Of a DNA stretch of 64,000 nucleotides, positions 29,807-40,420 are shown piece after piece. The position numbers and the translations under genes were made by a program. The stretch comes from Myxococcales bacterium (GTDB taxonomy: Bacteria > Myxococcota_A > Polyangia > Polyangiales > DASUME01): contig JASGJH010000001.1 of the NCBI GenBank assembly GCA_047601445.1, forward strand, positions 6,784,001 to 6,848,000, given 5' to 3'. Positions within the stretch are counted from its first letter, which is position 1. Each line of letters opens with the position of its first letter. Below the pieces are notes generated by a model. That model ran no database searches. It had not been told where the DNA came from and saw nothing but the letters and a program-made list of their open reading frames with translations.

Positions 29807-31293
29807 GGGGCTCGTGTCGTGCGATGTTGACGCTGGCATTGGCCTGGCAAGCTTGGCAACTCGATGGGGCGCCCTGTCGCGCCGAGACGGCACCGCAGGT
29901 GCCCACGAGCGTCGTGGTGCAGCCAGGTGGCCTCACGTCTCAAGACGTGGCGGGGCGAGCCGTGCAAGCCAGCGCGTCGCTCTCCCAGAAGCGGGCCGAG
30001 CTGGAGGCTGCCAACGCGCGCATGCAGGCGACGCGCCGGCAGCTCGTGCCGCAGCTCACCGTGAAGGGGAGCTACACGCGGCTGTCGCCGCTCACCACCA
30101 ACTTTGGCAATGGCTTCATGGTTGGCGCTGGCCACGAAGGCATGATCACGACAGGGCCGTGTCCCGGTCCCGCAGCCGGTACCAACTGCGTGCTCGACTC
30201 GGCGGGCGACCCAGTCCAGGCCGGACGCACCTCCATCACCTTCCCGACCAACAACTATGCGCTGAACGCCAGCGTCATCATCCCGCTGTCGGACTCCCTG
30301 TTCCGCTTCTCGCATGCGCTCGCGGTGGCCTCCAAGGACCGCGACGCCGCCAACTACGCGCTCGAGGCGGAGCGGCTCAAGGTGCGCTCCGATGCTCGCG
30401 TTCTGTACTTCAACTGGGTGCGCACGCACGGTCAGGTCAGCATCGCGGCTCAAGCGTGTCAGCAGACGCAGGCGCGCCTGGTGGAAGCCAAGACGGCCTT
30501 CGAGCTCGGTGCACTGTCGCAGGCCGACGTGTTGAAGGTCGAGGCCTTGGTGGCCAACGCGCTGCGCGCCCTTCAAGACACCGAGACGGGCCGCGAGCTG
30601 GCCCGGCGGCAGCTCGCCATCGTCATGGATGACCATGCTGCGAGCGACTACCAGGTGGGCGAGGAGGTGCCCTCCGCGGATGCCAAGGACGCAGACTTGG
30701 GGTCGGACGACGAACTCGTGAACGGAGCCCTGGCACGCCGCCTCGAGCTGAAGTCGGTGGAAGCCTCGGCGCGCTCCCTGACCCACGCCGTGGCCTCGCT
30801 AAAAGTGACGCGTGCGCCGCGTGTGGATGCCGTGGGACAGGTGGACTACGGCAACCCGAACCAACGCTATTTTCCACCCACGCCGGTGTGGCGAGTGACC
30901 TGGTCGGTGGGGCTGGTCGCGAGCTGGAACCTCAGTGATGCGTACGTGGCGGGCGGCCGCGTGCGCGAAGTCGTGGCCAAGCGCGAGGCGCTGCTGGCCC
31001 AGGGCGAGCAAGTGGCGGAGGGCATCGCCCGCGAGATCGCCGGCGCGCAGGCCGCCGTGAAGAGCGCCCGCGCGGCGCTCGCGGCTGCGGACGTGAACCT
31101 GGGGGCGCAACAGGAGGGCTATCGCGTGGCCAGCGAAGCCTTCGCGCTCGGCAAGGTAACGGCCACGGACTTGGTGGACGCCGAGTCGGATTTGTTCAAC
31201 GCGCGCCTGGGCCTGCTGGACGGACGCATCGACATGGCGATCGCCTTGATCCGGCTGGAGCACGCCCTGGGCAACGACGGTCCTGGTCGCTAG
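29803..31293 (+). CDS. TolC-family outer membrane efflux protein
   Basis: GTG overlapping the upstream TGA; two OEP repeats (FELGALSQADVL, FALGKVTATDLVDAE). Confidence 0.88.
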   Translation: MRGSCRAMLTLALAWQAWQLDGAPCRAETAPQVPTSVVVQPGGLTSQDVAGRAVQASASLSQKRAELEAANARMQATRRQLVPQLTVKGSYTRLSPLTTNFGNGFMVGAGHEGMITTGPCPGPAAGTNCVLDSAGDPVQAGRTSITFPTNNYALNASVIIPLSDSLFRFSHALAVASKDRDAANYALEAERLKVRSDARVLYFNWVRTHGQVSIAAQACQQTQARLVEAKTAFELGALSQADVLKVEALVANALRALQDTETGRELARRQLAIVMDDHAASDYQVGEEVPSADAKDADLGSDDELVNGALARRLELKSVEASARSLTHAVASLKVTRAPRVDAVGQVDYGNPNQRYFPPTPVWRVTWSVGLVASWNLSDAYVAGGRVREVVAKREALLAQGEQVAEGIAREIAGAQAAVKSARAALAAADVNLGAQQEGYRVASEAFALGKVTATDLVDAESDLFNARLGLLDGRIDMAIALIRLEHALGNDGPGR

Positions 31294-31318
31294 TCGCCGC
31301 AGGCGCGTGAGGGCACCG

Positions 31319-34300
31319 ATGAGAATCGCAGACATCTTCATTCGCAGGCCCGTGTTCGCGGTGATGCTGGTGTTGGCGCCGGTCGTCTTTGGCTTGCTGA
31401 GCTATCGAGAGATCGGTGTCGATCTGTATCCGGACGTCGACATGCCCGTGGTGACCGTGTCCGTCGTGTACCCGGGCGGCGATCCCGAGACGATGGAGAC
31501 GCAGGTGGCCGCTCCGATCGAGGAGGCCGTCAACACGGTGAGCGGGATCAAGGCGCTGCGTTCGACCAGCATGGAGGGCGCCTGTCAGATCGTCGTGGAA
31601 TTCCGGCTCGACGTGGCCGGCGACGTGGCCATGCAGGATGTCCGCGATCGCGTGGCCACCGTGGTCGGCAAGCTGCCGCGCGGGGCGCGGGCACCCGTGG
31701 TGCGCAAGTTCGACGTGGGCGCCGAGCCCATCCTGAGCATCGCGGTGGGCGGCGAGTTGCAGCCCAGGGAGCTCACGCGTCTGGCCGACAAGGTCGTGCG
31801 CGAGCGCGTGCAGCGCGTGGACGGGATCGGCAGCGTGGACCTGATCGGCAGTGCGGAGCGCCGCATCAACGTCACCCTGGACGCCAACAAGCTCTCCGGA
31901 CTCGGCCTCACCGTCGATGATGTCTCGAGCGCCATCCGCTCCCAAAACATCTCGGTGCCCGCGGGGACACTCGAGCGCGGCAATTTGGAGCTCTCCATCA
32001 AGACCCTCGGCGAGGTCAAGGACGCCGCTGAAATTGCCGACATTCTGCTGCCCAACGCCAGCTACCCGAACGTGCACATTCGGGACGTGGCCGAGGTGAC
32101 GGACGGCGTCGAGCGCGCGCGCTCGGCCAGCTTCCTCGATGGTCGCCCCGCCATCGGCCTGGTGATCCGCAAGCAAGCCGGATCCAACGCCGTCGCCATC
32201 TCCAGCGAGGTGCGCAAGATCGTCGACGAGCTACGCCCTCGCCTCGAGGCCCAGGGCGCCACCCTGGCGATCCCCACCGACAACTCCGCGTACATCGCGC
32301 GCACCATGCACGAGGTGCAGTTCGACCTGGTGCTCGGCGCCGTGTTGGCCGTGGTCATCATCATGCTCTTCTTGCGCGACCTGCGGGCCACCTTGATCAG
32401 CGCGCTGGCGCTGCCCACCAGCGTGATCTCCACCTTCGCGGTGATGCACTGGCTCGATTTCAGCTTCAATCACGTGACCACGCTCGCGCTCTCCATCTCG
32501 GTGGGCATCCTGATCGATGACGCCATCGTGGTGATCGAGAACATTCACCGGCACCTGGCGCAGGGCGAACCCCCCAAGCAGGCGGCCTCCAACGGCACGG
32601 CGCAGATCTTCCTGGCCGTGCTCGCCACCACATCGTCCATCCTCGCGGTCTTCGTGCCAGTGGCCTTCATGGACGGCGTGGTCGGGCGCTTCCTGTATCA
32701 GTTCGGGATCACCGTCTCGGTGGCGGTGGCCGTCTCGATGCTGGTCTCGGTGGTGCTCACGCCCATGCTGAGCTCGCGCTTTTTGCGGGTGGAGCATGGG
32801 GAGCGGGGGGCCGTCGCTCGCGCCATCGAGGCGGGGCTCTCGCGCGTGGATCGCGCCTACGGTCGCATGATCGCCTGGGCGCTCGCGCACCGCGTGTGGA
32901 CCTGTGGCCTCGGTGCGCTGGCGCTCGGGCTGTCGATCCTCGCAGTTGCGAACGTGAAAGCGGACTTCGTGCCGCCCGAGGATCGCGCGCAGTTCATGGT
33001 GAACATCGAGCTGCCGATGGGTGCCTCGGTGACCACCACGGGCGTCTTCGCCGAGCGGGTCGCCGCGGATCTGCGCCAGCAGGCGCCGGGCATCGAGCAC
33101 ACCTTCACCACCGTGGGCGGCGGGGCGCAACCCCAGAGCAACCTCGCGCAAGTGCAGGTCTCGCTGACCCCGAGCCGTCAGCGCGCGTTCTCGCAGGAAG
33201 AGCTGATGATCTGGGCGCGTCGGCGCTTGGCCAAGCTCGAGGGGGCCAAGGTCACGGTGCAGAAGATCGAGGTCATGGGTGCGGGCACGTTTCGCACCCA
33301 GCCCATCCAGTTCTATTTGCGCGGGTCCGACATGGAGGAGCTCGCGCAGGTCGCAGGCAAGCTGGAGAGCGAATTGCGCGGGGTGAAAGGTCTGGTGGAT
33401 CTGGACACCACCTATCGCGGAGGCAAGCCCGAGCTCAGCTTCGAGGTGAATCGCCCGGCTGCAGATGCGCTGGGGGTCCCCGTGGCTGCCGTCGCGTCCA
33501 CGGTGCGCGGGCTCATTGCTGGAGACAAGGTCAGCCAGATCAAGGATGGCGTCGATGTGTACGACGTGGCGGTGCAGCTGCCCGAGACCGACAAGGCAGC
33601 CCTGACCTCCCTCGACAACCTGCAAGTGCGGAGCGTGCGGGGAGAGCCAGTGGACCTCGGCGCCCTCACGCGGGTCACGCAGACCCAGGGGCCCGGCCAG
33701 ATCGAGCGCCAGGCGCGCCAGCGTCAGATCACCGTGCTCGCGTCGCTCGAGGCGATGGCCCTCGGTGAGGCCGTGCAGCGCGTGGAGGAGGTCGCTCGCA
33801 AGGTGGTGCCCGAGAACATGGTGAGGGGCTTCGTGGGCATGGCGGACACCATGGCCGAGAGCGCCAAGTCCATGGGCATCGCGATGTTCCTGGCAGTGGC
33901 CCTCGTGTACATGATCCTGGCCTCGCAGTTCGACAGCTTCTCGCAGCCCATCATGATCATGTCGTCCCTGCCGCTGTCGGTAATCGGGGCCTTCGGCGCG
34001 CTCTACTTGACGGGGCAGACGCTGAGCGTGTTGGTGATGATCGGCATCATGATGCTCATGGGCCTGGTCACCAAGAACGCCATCCTGCTCGTCGACTTCG
34101 CGAACCAACTGCGCGCCCAGGGCATGGGCGTGCACGAGGCGCTGGTGGAGGCCGGCGTCACACGACTTCGTCCGATCCTCATGACCACCGCGGCCATGGT
34201 GTTCGGCATGCTGCCCGTGGCACTGGCGATGAGCGAGGGAGGCGAAGTGCGAGCCCCCATGGCGATCTCCGTGATCGGGGGGCTCCTCACGTCCACCATG

Positions 34301-34378
34301 CTGACCTTGATCCTGGTGCCGGTGGCTTACTCATTGATGGAAGGGCGACGGGGTAGGCGCGACTTGGTGGAGCGCTGA
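31319..34378 (+). CDS. RND efflux permease (AcrB/HAE1 family), copy 2
   Basis: [42 protein letters not shown]; colinear with copy 1. Confidence 0.96.
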   Translation: MRIADIFIRRPVFAVMLVLAPVVFGLLSYREIGVDLYPDVDMPVVTVSVVYPGGDPETMETQVAAPIEEAVNTVSGIKALRSTSMEGACQIVVEFRLDVAGDVAMQDVRDRVATVVGKLPRGARAPVVRKFDVGAEPILSIAVGGELQPRELTRLADKVVRERVQRVDGIGSVDLIGSAERRINVTLDANKLSGLGLTVDDVSSAIRSQNISVPAGTLERGNLELSIKTLGEVKDAAEIADILLPNASYPNVHIRDVAEVTDGVERARSASFLDGRPAIGLVIRKQAGSNAVAISSEVRKIVDELRPRLEAQGATLAIPTDNSAYIARTMHEVQFDLVLGAVLAVVIIMLFLRDLRATLISALALPTSVISTFAVMHWLDFSFNHVTTLALSISVGILIDDAIVVIENIHRHLAQGEPPKQAASNGTAQIFLAVLATTSSILAVFVPVAFMDGVVGRFLYQFGITVSVAVAVSMLVSVVLTPMLSSRFLRVEHGERGAVARAIEAGLSRVDRAYGRMIAWALAHRVWTCGLGALALGLSILAVANVKADFVPPEDRAQFMVNIELPMGASVTTTGVFAERVAADLRQQAPGIEHTFTTVGGGAQPQSNLAQVQVSLTPSRQRAFSQEELMIWARRRLAKLEGAKVTVQKIEVMGAGTFRTQPIQFYLRGSDMEELAQVAGKLESELRGVKGLVDLDTTYRGGKPELSFEVNRPAADALGVPVAAVASTVRGLIAGDKVSQIKDGVDVYDVAVQLPETDKAALTSLDNLQVRSVRGEPVDLGALTRVTQTQGPGQIERQARQRQITVLASLEAMALGEAVQRVEEVARKVVPENMVRGFVGMADTMAESAKSMGIAMFLAVALVYMILASQFDSFSQPIMIMSSLPLSVIGAFGALYLTGQTLSVLVMIGIMMLMGLVTKNAILLVDFANQLRAQGMGVHEALVEAGVTRLRPILMTTAAMVFGMLPVALAMSEGGEVRAPMAISVIGGLLTSTMLTLILVPVAYSLMEGRRGRRDLVER

Positions 34379-34433
34379 GAGTCGAGCCGCGCTTGGCGCG
34401 GGTGGCTCCGACGTTGCGGCTTCTTGTTTGGGC

Positions 34434-34771
34434 TTAGCCCACCTGAGCGCCCGGCTTGCCCGCTTCGACCACGAAGGTGGCGATGGTGGACACTGGGGCC
34501 TCGGCCGTCGCGATCGAGCTCACGGCACGATACTCCGTGCTCCACAGCCCGGGGGTCACCTCACACACCAGATAGCCGTGGAAGAGAGCGTCGAAGAACA
34601 TGTCCACAGCGTCACGCCGCGACTGTCCGGGTCACCCGAGGCCACCCCGAGCGCGAACGGGTTCGTCCCGAGCGCCTTCGCGCTGGCGGCCGGCGCCCAG
34701 CGCGTGAAGGGAGCCAAGGCGGTCAGCGAGGCGACCGCCGAAACGCCGCCAACAAACAGTCGACGACTCAT
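34434..34771 (-). pseudogene. phoD: Alkaline phosphatase D remnant with large internal deletion
   Basis: Tat signal MSRRLFV and PFALGVASGDP...VTLWT are joined out of frame at ~34600 to a PhoD-like C-terminus FFDALFHGYLVCEVTPGLWSTEYRAVSSIATAEAPVSTIATFVVEAGKPGAQVG*. Confidence 0.85.
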
Positions 34772-34905
34772 CACGGGAGGATCCTTGCGTGGACTCACGG
34801 GCCTCCTGATCGCGTGCGGGGACGAAGCGCGCACGTGCACGATGTGCAGCGGGCAACACTAGGCGACGCCTGCGACGGGGCGCTGTGGGGCGCGCAACGA
34901 GTCGG

Positions 34906-36099
34906 TTACGAGCGCGTTGGGGAGGCAGGGGTGAGGCTCTTCGCGCGGGAGTTTCGCGACAAGAAAGGGGCTAGTTTACTCTGGAACGTCGCGTGGAATC
35001 GTCCCGCCAGCTCGGTGACCAGGAGCGAGCCTCCATGGCGACGATTGATGGGACCCCAGAGCCTCGCCAGCTCCTGGCGGTGCGAGATCGTTACCTCGTG
35101 ACGCTGGTTGATCAGCGCGAGCAGGAGGAAGTCGATCGAAAGCGAGAGCGCGATGGCGCGACGGAAGACGTACCGCTCCGGCGCAACGCTGATGACTGCG
35201 GGGGCCAGGAGCTTCGGATACAACAGGGGTAGGAATCGTGTGTTCGCGGTGATGAAGGCCAGGTTCCAGCTGGTGTAGAGCGCAACCCAGGCCGGCGAGA
35301 ACTCGTACTCAACCTCGGCCATCGTGGCGTCAATGGACACGCTGCGCGCGGAGACCGAAGCCAGAGCAAGCCCCGCCAAGGCATTGTCAGCCTGGCCGTG
35401 GAGCAAGTCCGTGACCACCGCCTCCATGATATTCAGCCACAGCACGAGTTTGCGCTGCTGAGCAGCGCGCGGACTGATGTGCCCCGAGAGGCGCGCTTCT
35501 CGCAGCTTGCGCAAACCGAAATCCATCGTGGCCTTCTTGACTGCCACGAAGGGACCAGCCAGGCGGGACACATCCGAGAACTCTCGTCCACGCCGAACGC
35601 CGCCGGACGCCTGCTGGTCTTCGAGGTGCTTGCGCACGGCGTCGAGAAAGTCCTGCTCTTCGCTCGCCCTGGCGACCAAGCGATCCAACACGAACAGGTG
35701 GGTGATGCAGCGCTCCAGGGCATGCTTCTCGCGGGCTACCCGCAGCATTCCGCGCGGCACGACGAGCGCCAGGAACTCGACGATTGGCGGCATGCCTGCG
35801 AGTGCGTGGCGTACGGAGGCGAGGATCGGAGCGAGCGACTGGGGCTCGCGCAGCGCCTCCTCCAGCAGGCGAGTGACCGCTGGACATGTCGCCAAGTGCA
35901 TGTCGTCACGCAGCACCGCCGCGACCATTTGCGGCTGAGTCCGAGCGTGGGGATCGATGCCGAGCTCGGCCAAGGCCGCGTCGACCACTTGCAAGGCAGA
36001 ACGTCGCGTGCCCCCCTGAGAGCGCGCATCCTCTGGGCTTCCGTGATGACGCGCAAGCTGATGAAGCTCGGATCGCAGGACTGATTCTGCAGTGGCCAT
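34906..36099 (-). CDS. Hypothetical protein; C-terminal membrane region resembles DUF5692
   Basis: AAGGAG RBS; motifs WLNIMEAVVTD, NALAG, WVALYTSWN, LLAP, RRAIAL recall DUF5692 (pattern recognition only). Confidence 0.55.
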   Translation of the reverse strand: MATAESVLRSELHQLARHHGSPEDARSQGGTRRSALQVVDAALAELGIDPHARTQPQMVAAVLRDDMHLATCPAVTRLLEEALREPQSLAPILASVRHALAGMPPIVEFLALVVPRGMLRVAREKHALERCITHLFVLDRLVARASEEQDFLDAVRKHLEDQQASGGVRRGREFSDVSRLAGPFVAVKKATMDFGLRKLREARLSGHISPRAAQQRKLVLWLNIMEAVVTDLLHGQADNALAGLALASVSARSVSIDATMAEVEYEFSPAWVALYTSWNLAFITANTRFLPLLYPKLLAPAVISVAPERYVFRRAIALSLSIDFLLLALINQRHEVTISHRQELARLWGPINRRHGGSLLVTELAGRFHATFQSKLAPFLSRNSRAKSLTPASPTRS

Positions 36100-36410
36100 T
36101 GTCATTCTCCTTGTTGACGGTTTGGGAGCTCTCACCGACGCGAAGCACCGCGTCGGACCAGTAGAGCTAGCTGAGCCACCATGCCCCAAGATTCAGGGCC
36201 AATCCGAACTCGCCGGCGTTCTAGGTCGTCTTGCCTAGCGCATGGGACCGAGCTGGCGTTGCGTCTACGCACCCGCGGACTCGCCCGTCGAGCGCGCTTA
36301 GGCTATCCGTACAATACCCAGCGCTTCACGCGCCTGTCATAAGTGCGCCATCTGGGTGCGGCTGATTCAGCGCGCCCCTTCGTCCTAACTCGGGTTCCGC
36401 TGGAGAAGCG

Positions 36411-38582
36411 ATGTCATACGGTGTCGTGCCGCGTTGTGCACGGGCGGGCTTCGCCCTCCTGCTCGTGATGGCTTGCCTGGCGATCGGCTGCAAGAAACGT
36501 GGCGAGGGTGCGCAGCAGGAAGCGGCGAGCAGCTCCGATCCACTCGTGATCGGCGCCTTCTTCTCCATGACCGGCGCGACGGCCACGTTCGGTACGACCA
36601 GCGTGCGTGGCGCTCAGATGGCCGTCGAGGAGGTGAACGCGGCCGGTGGCATCAAGGGGCGCAAGATCGAGCTCGTGGTGCTCGATGATCAGGGCAAGAC
36701 GGACGAGGCCACCAGCGCAGTCGCGCGTTTGATCGACGTGAACCACGCCATCGCGATCGTCGGTGAGGTGGCGTCGACGCTCTCGCTGGCGGGCGGTCGC
36801 ATCGCGCAACGACGCCAGATCCCCATGGTCTCTCCCTCGAGCACCAACCCGAAGGTCACCGAGATCGGCGACTACGTGTTTCGCGTGTGCTTCCTCGATC
36901 CGTTTCAGGGCTTCGCGATGGCCAAGTTTGCGCGGGAAAACTTGAAGCTGAGCAAGGTCGCGGTACTCAAGGACGTCCGCAACGACTACTCGCTCGGTCT
37001 AAGCGACGCCTTCATCAAGGCCTTCACCGCGGCGGGCGGTGAGATTGTGGGTATCGAGAGCTACAGCGCGGGCGACACCGAGTACAGCGCCCAGCTCACC
37101 AAGCTCAAAGACACGGGCCTCGAGGGCCTCTACGTGCCGGGCTACTACACCGAGGTGGGCGCCATCGCGCGCCAGGCGCGGCGCCTGGGCATCACGGCGC
37201 CGTTGATGGGAGGCGACGGCTGGGAGAGCCCCGAGCTGCGCGGCATCGGCGGTCAGGACATCCTGGGTTCCTACTTCACGAATCACTTCGCCCACGACCA
37301 GCCCTCCGAGACCGCCAAGAAATTCACGGCCGCCTACGAGCGCAAGTACCACGAGCCCACGCCCGCTCTGACTTCCCTCGGTTACGATGCGGTCATGGTG
37401 GTGGCGGCGGCCATGCGGCGCGCCGAGGCGCTCACGCCCAAGGGCATTCGGGATGCCCTCAGCCAGACCAAGGAGTTTGCGGCCGTCACCGGCACGCTCA
37501 CGCTCGACGCTCAGCGCAACCCGGTCAAGCCCGCGGTGGTGGTGCGTGTCACCGACTCCGGAGAGGTCTTCGCGGCGGAGGTCGCGCCAGGAGAAGCGAG
37601 CAAGGCGGCGCCGGCCGTCGTGGCGCCGGCGCCGGGCCAGAAGGCCAACCCGGTCTCACGCGGCAACGCCGTGGCCACCTTCTTTCAGCAGCTGGTCAAT
37701 GGGCTCTCGATTGGCTCCATCTACGCGCTGATCGCCCTCGGCTACACGATGGTCTTCGGCGTGCTCAAGATGATCAACTTCGCCCACAGCGAGGTGTTCA
37801 TGCTCGGCGCCTTTTCTGGGCTCTATGCAGCGCTCGGCCTTGGCTTCGATCCCGCGCATCCCCAGGCGTTCGGGATCGAGCGCGTGCTGTTGGTGCTGCT
37901 GGTGGCCATGGCCGCGTGCGCCGCGGGCGGTGTGATCGTCGAGCGCCTCGCCTATCGGCCCCTGCGCGGTGCCCAGCGCTTGGCGCCCTTGATCACCGCT
38001 ATCGGTGTGTCGATCTTGCTGCAAAACCTGAGCATCCTGGTGTTCGGCGCGAGCCCTCGCTCGTTCCCGATGATTGTGAGCGAGACCCGCTATCAGGTCG
38101 CAGGCGTGGTGCTCACCAACATCAAGCTGATGATCTTCGCGCTCAGCGCCGTGCTGATGTTGGCCTTGCAGTACCTGATTCAGCGCACCTGGACAGGGCG
38201 GGCCATGCGAGCGCTGTCGGTCAATCTGGCGGCGGCCAAGCTGATGGGCATCTCGGTCAATCGCGTGATCGCGTTCACTTTTGTGATCGGGTCTGCGCTT
38301 GCAGCAGCGGGCGGCATCCTGTTTGGCCTGGATCAGGCGAAGATCGAGCCGTTGATGGGCGTGATGGCGGGCCTCAAGGCATTCGTGGCCGCCGTGCTGG
38401 GCGGCATCGGCAGCATTCCAGGGGCTGCGGTGGGTGGCGTGATGATCGGTGTCGCCGAGCAGCTCACGGCCGGTTACCTGTCTGCAGACTATCGCGACGC
38501 CATCACCTTCACGATTTTGATCGGCGTGTTGTTGGTGCGCCCTCAGGGACTCTTCGGAACCGTCAAGATTGAGAAGGTTTGA
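36411..38582 (+). CDS. livH: Branched-chain amino acid ABC substrate-binding protein (LivJ/K-like) fused to LivH-type permease
   Basis: Lipobox AIGC; VNAAGGIKGRKIEL, FRVCFLD, GYDA...FAAVTG; Ala/Pro linker; QQLVNGLSIGSIYALIALGYTMVFG...INFAH, AVLGGIGS, RPQGLFG. Confidence 0.9.
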   Translation: MSYGVVPRCARAGFALLLVMACLAIGCKKRGEGAQQEAASSSDPLVIGAFFSMTGATATFGTTSVRGAQMAVEEVNAAGGIKGRKIELVVLDDQGKTDEATSAVARLIDVNHAIAIVGEVASTLSLAGGRIAQRRQIPMVSPSSTNPKVTEIGDYVFRVCFLDPFQGFAMAKFARENLKLSKVAVLKDVRNDYSLGLSDAFIKAFTAAGGEIVGIESYSAGDTEYSAQLTKLKDTGLEGLYVPGYYTEVGAIARQARRLGITAPLMGGDGWESPELRGIGGQDILGSYFTNHFAHDQPSETAKKFTAAYERKYHEPTPALTSLGYDAVMVVAAAMRRAEALTPKGIRDALSQTKEFAAVTGTLTLDAQRNPVKPAVVVRVTDSGEVFAAEVAPGEASKAAPAVVAPAPGQKANPVSRGNAVATFFQQLVNGLSIGSIYALIALGYTMVFGVLKMINFAHSEVFMLGAFSGLYAALGLGFDPAHPQAFGIERVLLVLLVAMAACAAGGVIVERLAYRPLRGAQRLAPLITAIGVSILLQNLSILVFGASPRSFPMIVSETRYQVAGVVLTNIKLMIFALSAVLMLALQYLIQRTWTGRAMRALSVNLAAAKLMGISVNRVIAFTFVIGSALAAAGGILFGLDQAKIEPLMGVMAGLKAFVAAVLGGIGSIPGAAVGGVMIGVAEQLTAGYLSADYRDAITFTILIGVLLVRPQGLFGTVKIEKV

Positions 38583-38585
38583 ACG

Positions 38586-39596
38586 ATGGACATGTGGCTC
38601 AAGAGGGTGCTGGTCGTCTCCGGGGTGCTGGCGGCCGCGTATGGTCTCGGCGGGGTGTTGGAAGCCAACGTCATCGAGTATGTGCTGCGCATCATCCTCT
38701 TCTGCGGCATCAACAGCATCCTGGCCGTGGGGCTGAACCTGATCAACGGCACGACCGGGCAGTTCTCGATCGGTCACGCCGGCTTCATGGCGGTCGGCGC
38801 CTACACCACGGCATTCATGGTCATCCAGCTGGAGAACGTGCTCTTTCCGGGGCACGCGGGCCAGCTCTCGTTCCTGGAGGTGGCGCTCGTCTTCACGCCC
38901 TCGCTGTTGGCGGGCGCGCTGCTGGCGGGGGCGAGCGGCCTGCTGGTGGGCATCCCGAGCTTGCGCCTGCGCGGCGACTATCTGGCCATCGTCACGCTCG
39001 GCTTCGGCGAGATCCTGCGCCTGCTCTTCAACAACGCCACGTTTCTCGGCGGCGCCACGGGTTACTCGGGGCAGCGCTCCCTGGGCCTGCCCATCTACAC
39101 GGACTTCTTCTGGACGTTTGCCTGGGCTCTGCTGGTGATCACCTTGCTCAACAACCTCACCCATTCGAGCTACGGGCGGGCCCTGCGCGCCATCCGGGAC
39201 GACGAAATCGCGGCCGAGGCCTGTGGCATCCCCACCACCCGCCTCAAGGTGCTGGCCTTCTCGCTCAGCGCGGCCGCCGCCGGCGTCGCGGGCGGCCTGT
39301 TCGCGCATCTGCAGAGCACGATTCGCCCCGACGACTTCAAGTTCGATCGCTCCATCGACATGATCGTGATGATCATCGTGGGTGGGCTCGGCAGCGTAAC
39401 GGGGGCGATCCTCGGCGCGCTGTTCGTGGGCGTCACCCTGGAGCTCTCGCGTGACCTGCAGGAATATCGGCTGGTGATCTACGCCTTGCTGCTGATCCTG
39501 TTGATGGTGTTTCGGCCCCAGGGGCTACTCGGACGCTACGAGCTCCAGCTGGGTGGTCTCTTCAAGCGCATGGCGCGCAGGGAGCAGGTGGTCTGA
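38586..39596 (+). CDS. livM: Branched-chain amino acid ABC permease
   Basis: GQFSIGHAGFMAVGAY, LRLRGDYLAIVTLGFGEI, RAIRDDEIAA, GGLGS. Confidence 0.95.
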   Translation: MDMWLKRVLVVSGVLAAAYGLGGVLEANVIEYVLRIILFCGINSILAVGLNLINGTTGQFSIGHAGFMAVGAYTTAFMVIQLENVLFPGHAGQLSFLEVALVFTPSLLAGALLAGASGLLVGIPSLRLRGDYLAIVTLGFGEILRLLFNNATFLGGATGYSGQRSLGLPIYTDFFWTFAWALLVITLLNNLTHSSYGRALRAIRDDEIAAEACGIPTTRLKVLAFSLSAAAAGVAGGLFAHLQSTIRPDDFKFDRSIDMIVMIIVGGLGSVTGAILGALFVGVTLELSRDLQEYRLVIYALLLILLMVFRPQGLLGRYELQLGGLFKRMARREQVV

Positions 39597-40420
39597 TGCT
39601 ATCGCTGCGAGACGTCACGAAGTGCTTCGGAGGGCTGAGGGCCATCGGGGGAGTGAGCCTCGACGTCGAAGCGGGTCAGATCTTCGGCTTGATCGGGCCC
39701 AACGGCGCCGGCAAGACCACGCTCTTCAACTGCATCAGCGGTCACTATCGACCGGACTCGGGCGAAGTGCGCTTCCAGGGCCGTTCGCTGGTGGGTTTGA
39801 AGCCGTCCGAGATCGCCCTGGCGGGGCTGGCACGCACGTTTCAAAACGTGCGCCTGTTCGGGGAGATGAGCGTCCGCGAGAATGTCCTGGTGGCCGCGCA
39901 CCATCGGACGCTGGCGGGCGTGTTCGGCTCCATGGTGCGCAGCAGGACCTGGAACGAAGACGAGTGGGAGGTCCACAAGCGGGCCGACGAGTTGCTCGAC
40001 ATCTTCGGCCTGCGCTGGCTCAGCGATGAGCAGGCCAATTCGCTACCCTACGGCTCCCAGCGTAGGCTCGAGATCGCCCGCGCCCTGATGCTCGACCCCG
40101 AGCTCTTGCTGCTCGACGAGCCCGCCGCGGGTCTCAACTCGACCGAGGCCGACAAGCTCAAGGACCAAATCAAGTGGTTGCGCGAGCGCTTCAACCTGAG
40201 CGTGGTGTTGGTGGAGCACAACATGCAAGTGGTGATGGGGGCCTGCGACTATGTGCACTGCCTCGACCACGGCGAGACCATCGCCGCGGGCAGCCCCAGC
40301 GAGGTGCAGAGTCATCCGGCGGTGCTGTCGGCCTACCTGGGAGAGGATCCGCTGGCCGCGCGCGCCGATCTCCCGGAATCGAATGCCAGCGCGCTTCCTG
40401 CAGGAGGAACCCATGGCTGA
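39596..40420 (+). CDS. livG: Branched-chain amino acid ABC ATP-binding protein
   Basis: GPNGAGKTT, ARTFQNVRLF, LPYGSQRRLEIARAL, LLLDEPAAG, AYLG. Confidence 0.95.
   Translation: MLSLRDVTKCFGGLRAIGGVSLDVEAGQIFGLIGPNGAGKTTLFNCISGHYRPDSGEVRFQGRSLVGLKPSEIALAGLARTFQNVRLFGEMSVRENVLVAAHHRTLAGVFGSMVRSRTWNEDEWEVHKRADELLDIFGLRWLSDEQANSLPYGSQRRLEIARALMLDPELLLLDEPAAGLNSTEADKLKDQIKWLRERFNLSVVLVEHNMQVVMGACDYVHCLDHGETIAAGSPSEVQSHPAVLSAYLGEDPLAARADLPESNASALPAGGTHG

Noticed and set aside
34379..34433. Intrinsic terminator between RND2 and the phoD remnant
   Set aside because: Only an imperfect GC hairpin with a weak, offset U-tract; insufficient support
24243..39308. Long antisense ORFs (24243..25634, 27590..28816, 32231..34135, 37656..39308)
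   Set aside because: Opposite-strand shadows of well-supported high-GC genes, with no recognisable motifs
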